A stretch of 64,000 nt of DNA, taken from positions 45,818,001-45,882,000 of the forward strand of contig OX597823.1 in NCBI GenBank assembly GCA_951406725.2, in the 5' to 3' direction. Below are positions 52,801-64,000 of the stretch, in pieces. The stretch comes from Octopus vulgaris (taxonomy: Eukaryota). How positions within the stretch are numbered: the stretch's first letter is position 1; every line of letters starts with the position of its first letter. The notes under the pieces are model-generated. The model had not been told where the DNA came from and did not search any database. It was given only the letters and a program-made list of their open reading frames with translations. Made by a program: the position numbers and the translations under genes.

Positions 52801-54329
52801 AATGTTCATGCGATCTGTCAAGTGAAGCGAAGTTGAAAACGGAGTTAATCTTAGCGAAAATAATATAATTTGCTGTGTTTTCACTGCTTCTTCCGCTATA
52901 GCTTTTGTTGTCATTGTTGCTACTGTTGCTATTGTTGTTGTTTTTTTGCTACTGCCGTTTGCCCTTAGAGCAGACGTGCAGTATTTTAACTCTGAATTTT
53001 TAAACGATGAAGCACCTACCTTACACCATGTGATCTAATCCTTTTCTAACCAGGCCAATCTTACACCCATCAAATTGTTTTCCACACGGTTGAGCTTTGG
53101 TTTCTGTTTTCACAAAAATTGCAATCATTTTTCTTCCTATGCAAGCGTGAATAACTCTATTTCCCGTGTTTTTATATTAAACCATCGGTAGACTACCGTG
53201 TATGCACTTTTCTCCACTAAAACTTCCACTACGAGTTGCCATCCGGAACTCTTTTTCTTTTTTTTGTTCAACAGCCTAGTAAAATATTTTCGTGTAATTG
53301 AATGCCATGTTTCTGTAATTTTTATTTTTGATGCTGCATCAATTTTCCTATAAAACTTGTTCATATTTCGATCTGTAAGAAAAACGGATGCCACATTTGA
53401 AACGATGGTGGTGGCTGTATTAGTGATGGCTTTCCACTGTATTCACTTGGCTCTTTTTTAGAGACGACAAACCCTCTCCATCCAAAATGCATGCTTGAGT
53501 TCTGTCACAGCTTTTCAATTATCAGCACTGTGCTTCTATCCTACTCTACTTCACCAGTTGGGTCAAAGCAAGAATACCTCTATCACTCAGATGCAAAGAT
53601 TTTCTTGATCTCAGTATTAATTTAGAAATAAGTAGAAGGATCGCTTTTTTATTGTTTCAGATTGAATTATTGGGATTTATGTTTTGTTGTTTGGACAAAT
53701 TTAAGACCCCAGTGACAGCGTTTCGATTAGGTAATGAACACTCGGACACGCAGGAAGTTTATCACGCCTACATTCAGATTCATTAATTTACACTATCTCA
53801 TGACTTTGATTTCTCTATAAATGTTACCGTCTACAAGTTAGCAATATCAAAATTAATGATTTCTGTAAGAGACGTTGAAGCACTTGATAATTTCATCTAC
53901 CTTATTGAGAAATATAAATATTAATGATAGGTCAACAATTAGATCACCTGCGACATTTCTGGCTTTGTTTCATTACATCAGTGAGTGTGAAAATGAGAAG
54001 ACATAGCCTCAAAGTACATGAAATTATTGTTCTCACTACGCTTATTTATCTCAGTAATCGGTAGCAGACATGCTAGGTATCGTTATTTTACACAAATAAA
54101 ACATCATTAGCCACGCAGCGTTATGAATAATGTAGATATTGGCAAATATAACTTTATACTGTTTATATTTTACGTCGATTCTCAAGAAGTGTTTCGAGCA
54201 ACTCCTGTTATATTCTATGCTTTTTCGAGATTAGATGTATTTTATGAACAATTGCAGCGTGGGAGGTGTTTGTAAGCCATTTAAGAAACACATAAAAGCC
54301 GTTCGATTCACTTCAACATTTAAGTTTAA

Positions 54330-54380
54330 TTTGTCAAAATATTTTCGTCGCTTTAAGACCGCGACCTGTTCACTGACAAA
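54330..54380 (-). ncRNA. Minimal type-I hammerhead fold with G3-C8 core swap
   Basis: Minus strand TTTGTCA|GTGAACA|G|GTCGC GGTCTTAAA GCGAC|GAAA|ATAT|TT|TGACAAA; perfect 7-bp stem I, 5-bp stem II, palindromic stem III. Confidence 0.72.
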
Positions 54381-55979
54381 AATTCGTGCTGCATCTGCAT
54401 CTGTATTTTATGGATTTTATAATTTTATGAATTTTATTTAAAAAAATCATTAAATGCAAACTGGTATACACTGTCCTTAAAATCATTAATTATTTTAAAA
54501 TGAAGAAACCCTCCCCATAAAACAAATTTGTCTTTAATGTTATTTAACTTATTAAAATTAAAGTGGCGGGTGTTGTCTAAAACAGATTTGGTTTCTACAA
54601 TTTTTGAAAAATTGCCTAAGGTTTTGACGATTTTTGGAAAATCGCATCATGTTTCTACATAAAAATTAATTCGGAGAATCGCTGCAAAATATTTAAACTT
54701 GTCACGTTGGCAATTACCTAGAGCCTGTTTTATTTCCATGCATTCGTATTTGCGGACACGGTATTAATAGACTTACCTAAATATATTCCAAATATACGCG
54801 ATTCCAACGAAAACGAAAGCGTAGAATTTAATGCAGTAATTTCCACCAACTTTTGAAAATGCCCTAAAAAACGAAAGAAACAGTTAAGCTCTTTTCAAAA
54901 TTATTCACGCTATTTGAATTTTACAAAGACTTAGTAGGTTTATTGAAACCTGTATATTAACAAAAATAATATAGTTCTCTTTGAAAATTCATTGAATTTT
55001 AATTCTATTTCTATTGAAATGTTTAAAACCTACTTTTTATGTAAATTGATCAACACAAAATAAAGAGAATGAGGAAAAGTACAGGTTATGTTTTCTCCCA
55101 ATTGATACAAACTAATGAAATTATTTTCTGTAAATGATTATTTTTTAGCCGTCGGTTTCCGATCAAGAAACTCCGATTGTCACGAGATTGAAAATTTTAT
55201 TTCTGCTAATTTCCGTTTTGTAAATTTTCATATATTTTGTTGCAAAAGCTAGGCTTCTAATGACGTCAATGAATATCTTTTGATCGAAACAGTGTTTCAC
55301 ATCATCTACATATGATGTGAATAACACTAAAATGTTACTCACCTTTGTTTGAGCATAAGAAACCAGCATGAGCGTAGCGATTATCACATGAACATTTTCT
55401 CCCAGTTGGCATCAAACAATTTTCGCATTGTGTCAAAGACGTTGTACTTCGGTGGCAAGTAATTGCATGGGCATCATTATTTTTGAATAGCCATAGAACC
55501 TGAAAATACCATCAACAAAATCCATCAGATTATTTACGTAAATATCTTGAAATTCAGTTCTATATCAGAAAGTCATAGGATAATTGCAAATTTTTGACTG
55601 ATTTACAAACCGTTCTTCACATATTAAAATTATAGATATATATATATTAATGTGGATAAATATATATTGCGTGAGTCTAACGTATAATATGTACTCGAAA
55701 TATTTCTCATGTATTCTTCAATGCAATGTTGACTACATTATAAAATAATCGAAAATTATCAATCAAACATTATTTAACGTAAGACTCCCCCCACTTGAAA
55801 TGGTACCACAAAAATTGATTCCACGATTTTGAAAACGTAGTTTCCTATATTTTCTTAGCATTTTTGACGCCATGTGTTACAGCGCTTAACGACGTAAAAA
55901 TACCAAAAATCTAACTTACAGTGGATTATTTTGATTTCTTAAACAACAATTATAAATCAATGTATATATATATAAACAT

Positions 55980-55993
55980 GCACGCACACACAC

Positions 55994-56062
<69 letters not shown>
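55980..56062. repeat. (CA)n microsatellite
   Basis: Directly visible. Confidence 0.95.
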
Positions 56063-56065
<3 letters not shown>

Positions 56066-56370
56066 TATACACCTTTTATTACTAGTTTCAGTTCGAGAGG
56101 CGCGTTACTCTAAGGTGCCGCCATACATAATGGCTGCGAACTCGTGTTTGAGTATTGCTATCGACTGATCAAAAGCCCCACACATGCGAAGGCTACGACC
56201 AGTTACTTTTGTGATAGTTCTTTCTTTTTATCAAGCGATGCTTGAGCATAATGATTCTTTTATAGTGGGGGAAGGATTTGCACAAAACCACTCTCATTCT
56301 TTGAACATGATGGACAACATAAACTCGAATATATATATATATGATATATATAATACACATACAATATATA

Positions 56371-56427
<57 letters not shown>

Positions 56428-56717
56428 GCAGGTGTAGCCGGTAATTCCCGGGGGTAAAGATGTTCTATTTAAACACATTAATACTCTGATATAAAAAAAA
56501 AAAAGCAATTTCGTTATAACTGACACAAAAGGTGTATTTTCCGTCGTGAAAAAGTACAAAAGGCACTGTTTATGTGGAAATGTATGTACGTATGTATGTA
56601 TGTATGTATGTATGTATGTATGTATGTATGTATGTATGTATGTATGTATGTATGTATGTATGTATGTATGTATGTATGCATGTTTGTACGTATGTATGTA
56701 TACACATGCACACACTC

Positions 56718-56748
<31 letters not shown>

Positions 56749-56849
56749 AGGATCTCTCATATTACGAAAGAATTGTCGTCAAGAGAACTCAGAGATTTTC
56801 ATTTGTGGAAATCCAGTAAGAAAAATAAATAACAAAAAAAATATCACCC

Positions 56850-57945
56850 ATTATGTATCCTTCACATCTAGATATGCCCCAATCTGCTTCTTCAAGAAAA
56901 AGGCGATTCGGATTCAGCCTACCCACAGACGTTGAAGCATAATGTAGACCTTAATGAGCTCAACCGCCGCATAAATAAATGCGACAAAGCTAATGCAAAA
57001 TATAACGTGAGGACAGATTTTATCAGGATGCTGTACAGTAGAGGATACAGACCCAGGTTCACAGAGGAAGAGTGTGAGGAAGTGTGTAACACACAAACAC
57101 CAAGACAACACGACAGGACCACCTCCAGCAACAACGGCAGCAGCGATAGCAGCAGCAGTAGCAGCAGCATCAACTGTAAAAGCAGCAACGGCAGCAACGG
57201 CAACATCAACGACGACCGACGAACCGATGACGTTAAATGACATTAACAACAATAACAATAATAATCACAACAACAGAGACAGTAACAGAGACAGCAACAG
57301 ATACACAGATAGCACAACGGAAGGAAAGGAGAAAGAAAACAAAGAGAAAGTGAAAGAGAGAGACGAGGGAGAGGGGGGAGAGAGAGATGGGGAGGACAAA
57401 GATATTAGATGGGAAGAATTTATCAACCTTCCGTACTACGGAGAAAGGGCTGAAAACATACTAAGAAACATCGTCAAAAGGTCTGGCGTCTGTCAGAATC
57501 ACGAGGCAAGGCCACACTCTCAGACACTATCTTTCCCACGACAACAACCTACAGAACACATGCTGTCTGAACCAGTGTCCCAACGAAGCCAAGCAGCCAA
57601 CGGACAGTATCAAGTTATGATTTCAAATGAATGTAATGTATGAAATGATCTGTTCTTGCGGGGATAAATATATTGGATCGATCAAACGATAGTTTCATGT
57701 AGAGTGAAAGAATATTTTCATAAGGCCACAACACCCAGCACCGTATTCCAGCACCACCATCACCAACACTGCGATGGAGAATTCTTCACTCGGACATTGG
57801 CCAGGGGAACAGATGCAGTCAACCTCCGAATAAAAGAGGCTCATTTAACGAGGAAGAAGGTGCTTAGCCTCAACCGCCGGAACGAACTTGTCGGTTGGAA
57901 ATTTTCTTTTGCGTATTTTAGACGACAGTTTCTTCACTGCACCCC
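56850..57945 (+). mobile_element. Penelope-like element relic (linker and GIY-YIG endonuclease)
   Basis: LYSRGYRPRF, FINLPYYGE, CSCGDKYIGS.KR.FH.RVKEY, VFQH, LRIKEAHL....LSLNRRNEL. Confidence 0.8.
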
Positions 57946-57997
<52 letters not shown>

Positions 57998-58001
<4 letters not shown>

Positions 58002-58166
58002 GACAGGCTTCTTTCAGTCAACGACTACTACCGAATCCACTCGCAAGGATTTGGTCGACCCCGAGGCTATTATAGAAGATACTTCGCCAAGGTGCCATGT
58101 AGTAGGGCTGGATCCGGGACCATGTGGTTGGGGAAGCAAGCTTCTTACCACACAGTTACGCCTACA

Positions 58167-58169
<3 letters not shown>
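57998..58169 (-). mobile_element. 5' half of SINE family B
   Basis: Reverse-complement match to 14516-14680. Confidence 0.8.
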
Positions 58170-58220
<51 letters not shown>

Positions 58221-58269
58221 GGAGTAAATAAAGTATATATATATATAAACTATATATATAAATATATAT

Positions 58270-58790
58270 ATTCTCTTCTCATCCTCCTTTGTTCTTTGTT
58301 CCCCTTTTTTCTCTCTTCACCTGTCCCTCTTTTCCTCTCTCTTCTCCTCACACGTGACTAACCTTGGACTGCTGTCCTTTTCGTGGTCAGCAGCCATCGA
58401 GGCTAGACATTTTTTTCTCTCTTTGCCCCAAGGCATTTTTCTAATGCGCCAGCTCAAAGTTCACCCGTCCTGTCGAAAAGACGCCTGTCTGTGACGTCCT
58501 GTTTTTGTTATTATTATTATCATTATTGTTTTTACGTACTTTCGTATTCTCATTCGTGTTATTATTGTTTTTACGTATTTTTGCATTCTTATTCGTTCCC
58601 GTCCTTGTTTTGTATACATTCGAGGCTTTCTTCCAAGGAATCTAATGCGCTTGGCTTAGATTTTCCTTTGGGGCTGGAAATTGCGAGGATGATCCGGTTC
58701 TTGACTGAAGATTGAAGGCTTCGAATGTCCCGTCCGTGTTTTTTGTATCGTCTTCTAAATGTTTTGCGTTCTTGTCCCAGTTTGTATTTT
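58270..58790. repeat. Microsatellite-embedded pLTR-like repeat
   Basis: CTCACACGTGACTA is the reverse complement of TAGTCACGTGTGAG at ~37334; TGACGTCCTGT motif; internal ~40-bp tandem repeat. Confidence 0.5.
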
Positions 58791-58792
58791 TT

Positions 58793-58848
<56 letters not shown>

Positions 58849-59182
58849 TCATTTATGTATTATACACATACACACAACACATACATGTTTATGTATTTGT
58901 TTTGCGAGATTCTTGATGTGAAATCGTGTATTGAAACAGATATTGTTATAGTTCGGGATGGTCATTTTTGCTTTGCCAAATAAATATATGCACGATATAT
59001 TCGTTCATCACTTGAGATTTATTTTATCATTGTTCTTATTTTATATTCCATCTCTGGAAATTTTTCATAACACAACCAGTGACCTCTTCAGTGACTTTCC
59101 ATTCCACGTGTCTCCCCCTTTCCTTCTGACATACATACATACATACATACATACATACATCCACATATATGTAAAAGAAAAA

Positions 59183-59247
<65 letters not shown>

Positions 59248-59331
59248 CACACACACACACTCGTATTTATATGCTTTCTTTCTCTCCTCGTCTATTCTTT
59301 TCTGTAGAAGATCGTAAGTTCGAAGTGCAAA

Positions 59332-59397
<66 letters not shown>

Positions 59398-59999
59398 ACA
59401 CACACACACACACACAGTGAAACATTCACATCGACACACATACATACTTGGAAAACTATTTGCACACAAATACGATCATTATATCATGAGTGTGTATGAG
59501 TCAAGATTACTGATTTTCATGTAATAGAATTACAAACGGTCGTTTTACACATTTTAAATTATGTTTTCCCATATTTATATTGAATCATGTTGGAACACGT
59601 TATTGCGATGCTATAAATTTCCAAAGTTAAGTAATATAGAATTAGACTATTATTTTATATTTCACCTTATTTGAATTTAATCCCACTTTAGAAGTAGGCG
59701 ATTTTAGCAACAGAAACCGTTTAGATATTCCTTCATTTAGTGCCATCTGAGCTATTGGTTAGATAAAAAATAAAGACAAATTAATATTGAGTCCTAATTA
59801 ACACACTAAGTTACAAAAACCTTACATAAATATTTCCCACAAAATTTTGTGTATCAAAATATTTGACAAAATGTAATATACGAAACAACGACAGCCAAAT
59901 TTAAGAATTTAATTTGTTATGGCATAATCTAAAATATTCTTAGAATTAATTTGACAGTTATTGAATTATCGTGTTCATGTGAAATTTATAGGCATATTC

Positions 60000-60382
60000 G
60001 TGGCACTCCGTCGGTTACGATGACGAGGGTTCCAGTTGAACCGATCAATGGAATAGCTTGCTCGTGAAATTAATGTGCAAGTGACTTAGCACTCCACAGA
60101 CACGTGCACCCTTAACGTAATTCTTGGGGAGATTCAGTGTGACACAGAGTGTGACAAGGCTGGCCCTTTGAAATAGAGGTGCAGCAGAAACATGAAAGAG
60201 TGAGAGGAAGTTGTGCTGAAATAATACAGCAGGGTTCGCCACTACCACCCTGCTGGAGCCACGTGGAGATTTAGGTAGTATTTACGCTCAATAAACACTC
60301 ACAACGCTCGGTCTGGAAATCGAAACTGTAATCCTATGGCCACGAGTTTGCTGCCCAAACCACTGGGCCATTGCACCTCCAC
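60000..60382 (-). mobile_element. tRNA-derived SINE family D
   Basis: Minus-strand head GTGGAGGTGCAATGGCCCAGTGG (A box)...GTTTCGATTTCC (B-box-like), ~380-bp body. Confidence 0.75.
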
Positions 60383-60835
60383 GTAGGCATATATATTTCT
60401 TTTAAGTCAAAAGTTTGCTACTTTTAGACAATTTTTGCTTTATTGAAAATATCTTATTCGTATAGGGATCATGTCACTCACCACCACACGAAAATAAAAT
60501 ATATAATCTAACCTTAGTAACTATGGGTGGAAGATAAATGAGAAGCATCCTGGGGTTAATTTGGAACAATAATCGCCGTGATAATCGCAATGATAGGAAG
60601 AGCCAACATCGAAGGATAAAAAACGTCTCTACAAATACTTGGCCATCACAAGTCAATTATTCCTGCGATAATGTTTTGAACACAGTTATCCCTGTGGTGA
60701 CCTTTCGTCAAAGGTCTATAAAATCTGCAACAAATACAGAAAATAACTATAAAAGCATTTTATAGGATGTTTCGCATATCTGAAATTTCAAAGAACTTAC
60801 AATGGGTATCGACGCTAACAAAACATATGATATTA

Positions 60836-61190
60836 ATTTCAAGTTTTGGCACAAGGCCGACAAGTTCGGGGAGTGGTTAAGTCGATTACATCGATCCCAG
60901 TATTCAACAGGTACCCATTCAATCGACCCCAAAGGGATGAAAAGCTAAGCCGACCTTAGTAGAATTGGAACTCAGAACGTAAAGACAAACGAAATGGTGC
61001 TAAGCATTTTGTCCGGCATGCTTACTATTCTGCCAGCTCACCGCCTCAACAAAGCATGTAATATTGGTTTCTAATACAGGCACGAGTCTAAAAATCAAAT
61101 CGATCCAGTATCTTACTGATACTTCAATTTATCGACTCCAAAGGAATGAAAAACTGTTAACCTCAGCAGGATTTGAACTGAGAACCCTAA
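60836..61190 (-). mobile_element. Two tandem SINE family A copies (second partial)
   Basis: Family A blocks at 60836-61046 and 61066-61190. Confidence 0.8.
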
Positions 61191-63154
61191 AAATCCGAAA
61201 TCAAAACCGCAACCTACCTTTCGATGAACTTCACCTAGATATCGACCAAACTTATGCAATGAGCTTCGCTGTTAGAAGCAGATTCATACAGTGAAAAACA
61301 AAAGAGATAAAAGGAAGTACAACGCAAATTGCAAAGAAAGAAATTCCTAAAATATTATTTGTCCTTCTTTCCTTTAAGTGATTCTTGTTAAGGGATTTAA
61401 TTTTGCCTAATAATTTTTGGCTCTTTGCATTATGTATGCTCTTGCCTACTTAACTGATTTTTTTGATTTAGTATGTGACCTTAAGTATTTTAACTTTGCC
61501 TTTTTTAAAAAACAATATACCACTCCTGTTGTCTAAGATCTCCATTAACCGTTAAACTTGTATGGTTCTTTGATGAGTTGTTGCCTTGCGGCCACACACC
61601 AGATTCACTTTGCTGTACATTCTATTTTCACTGAATGATAATAATTAATTTATTTTCCGAGATATTATTTTCCTTCCTACGTAACTGTATTACTTTGAAA
61701 CAAGGTAAACATTTATGTAAAAAATTCATTCAAGTATTTTGGAAGATCCTGAAATAATTATTGAAATGTATAAATATAACTGTTTCGATTAGCACGATAT
61801 AAAGAGCAAATAAAACCGAAATAACAATGGTTTGCTTATATCTTTTTCTATGCATTTGAACAAAAAAAGTATTATTGTTGCATTTCGTAAGAGTCTTAGC
61901 CATATTGTAACAGATATATTTCAAAATCCACTGCTTTATTCCATACTTGTGAAGTATATTAAAAAAGAGAGTATATTTAATAAATATTTAATAAGTCGGC
62001 TTTAAGTTAACACGAATGTTTTCACTACTTTAAAAGGAAAATATTCATGAAGTTTAGATAACGAGAAAAATATTGTAAATATGTCATTTCCCTGTGTGTC
62101 GATCATAGGTCCTCTCGCTCATTGCTAACCTTAAGTTAAGAGCACCAACAACAAAATTTGTTTGATGTAGATATATGAAACTGTGAGTGCTGGAGAGAAA
62201 ATCCAGTCATATTTTATGATAAAACCTGCGTTAAATCAATACTTAAACAGTCTTTGATTATCCTGATACGTAATCTTTTTTCTGTCTCAGGCTAGGATTA
62301 CGCTATCTTTTCATAACAGAAAGAGGGAAACTAATCTCGGAGAGGGAAACTGCTCGCCATTTTACAGAAATATTAGCAAGTATGACACTTAAATTAATTC
62401 AAAGGGATCGAACAGAGAGCGAAACTAGTTTGCATATTGCATTATTATCTAATAATCTCCACACATTCTACTAAGTCCATACGACAAAATTCACGTACAC
62501 GCGCACACACACGTACAATGTCATGTGTGTGTGTGTGTGTGTGTGTGTGCGCGTGTGTGTATGCGTGCGCGCGCGAGCGTGCGTTTGAGTGATTGTGTGT
62601 TTGTGTATTATGTAAAATAAGTTACAAGCATTTAAAGGCCTTGGTTTAAATGAGGAGTGAAATACCTTCTACTAAATATTTATTCGTGTGCAGGTTACAG
62701 TTGATTTCATGTAAGAAGTAGAACATTAAAGAGCATGTGGTTATCTTAATTAATCATTCCCCTTTGAGTTACGAATGAATTATTCAAGATGGTCACTTGA
62801 TGAAATGTCATGAGATGAGAATGTGGAAAAACGCATTGGACTGTGAATCACTGGACGCCAAATATACGAATCCCATATATACCATTCGCAGTCCGAAAAG
62901 AAAAATTCGTTCTTATATTAGAAAAGAAAACGGAAAGCTTGCTCATGTGTTTAAAGATTGGTCTTTTCAAAAGAAAAATGGTAAAATATGAGACGGGATA
63001 AGTTTATTTCAAAGAAATGGAAAATATTGATTAGTCAGTATTTCAGCTGGTGTTCATCTTCAGAATATGGGTGAATTAAAGACAAGGAGAAGCCGGAAAA
63101 GAAATGTAAGGAAGACGAAAATGACCATGTAAAGCTTGTCTACATGTACTAGTC

Positions 63155-63213
<59 letters not shown>

Positions 63214-63244
63214 AGAGAGAGAGTGTGTGTAAGAAAGAGAGGAA

Positions 63245-63615
63245 AGATACTAAGATCGTTCAAGACAAGAGACCAAGGAGTTATGTTGACTCTGTGGAGG
63301 GACTTTGTTCTCAGCCACCTGGACTACTGCTCTCATGCTCCTAGCTATGGTCACCACATAGTGCCAAACTAACAGTAGAGCTTGAAGAGGTCCAATCCCA
63401 CTACACTAAAAAGATTGTAACATTGCAGCAGATGAGATGCATGGAGAGGCTGATACACTAGAATAATCTACATAAGGAAAATTCTGAAAGGGCTAGTACC
63501 TAATTTCGGCATTTAGTGTTATACAAATGCCAGACCTATCCACTCCATCTAAATTCAGGACCAGATACTTAGGGTTCGAAGGTCCACAGCTCATCTATAC
63601 TCTGCTACAAATATT
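63245..63615 (+). mobile_element. Degenerate CR1/L2-group LINE ORF2 fragment
   Basis: ILRSFKTRD..VMLTLW..FVLSHLDYCS parallels ILRTFQSRD..IILLFSTFARPHLEYCC. Confidence 0.75.
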
Positions 63616-63663
63616 AAAAAAAAAACAACCCTACACAATGTGGACGTATTTTTCTATCCTTCC

Positions 63664-64000
63664 TTAATGTGGACATATTTTTCTATCCTTCCTTAATACC
63701 GGTTCCCATATGCTATTCCTATCTGCACTCGGTCTGCTTAGGTTGGTGTGAACTAGCATATGTGCTGCTTCTTTTAGTTTTCGTATTGTCCAGTGGTGTT
63801 CTCTGTCTATTATTTTAACTTCATCCCACAGGGGCAGGTGGTCTCCATTTTTCCATACATGATCAGCTATACCTGATTTATCAATATCTCCTTGTGTCAC
63901 AGCTTTGCGATGTTTGTTTACCCTTATTTTGAGGAGGCAGCATATTTCATCTTTGTATAACCTACCACAGCTGCATAGGATGGAGTACACACAGTTTTTG
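63664..64000 (-). mobile_element. Penelope-like GIY-YIG endonuclease C-terminus (runs off the window)
   Basis: CVYSILCSCGRLY....R..KH....KSGIADHVW..GDH...WDEVKIID.E....RKLKEA. Confidence 0.85.

Noticed and set aside
56424-56455. Helitron-like 3' hairpin on the minus strand
   Set aside because: Short, imperfect stem, terminal CTAG absent and no matching 5' end found
57074-57643. 189-aa low-complexity ORF as a host gene
   Set aside because: Lies inside a Penelope relic, as an expanded linker between RT thumb and GIY-YIG remnants
59055-59100. Minus-strand CTGAAGA...GAAA
   Set aside because: Stem I does not pair and stem II is weak

Overview
AT-rich, microsatellite-dense eukaryotic DNA made almost entirely of transposon relics. 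The repeat make-up looks like a coleoid cephalopod (Octopus-like) genome; this is an inference from the repeat types, not a database match. I found no convincing intact host gene. The only long intact ORF is the reverse transcriptase of a 5'-truncated CR1/L2-group LINE (32667-34625, -). Also present: Tx1/L1-like, RTE-like and Penelope-like (GIY-YIG) retroelement relics; two Tc1 copies; a mariner-derived MITE; a Mutator element with TIRs and TSD nested in a LINE; and about 30 copies of at least four tRNA-derived SINE families. Most interesting: (1) several minimal type-I hammerhead-ribozyme folds, including one canonical, one with a G3-C8 swap of the core pair and a multi-copy CUGU-core variant, mostly in short microsatellite-embedded Penelope-type repeats; (2) two long fold-back hairpins that turn at hammerhead half-sites; (3) a SINE subfamily whose 3' tail matches the 3' end of the Tx1-like LINE; (4) a covarying 3' stem-loop shared by two CR1/L2 copies. 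Coordinates of degenerate relics are approximate, and all alignments were done by eye.
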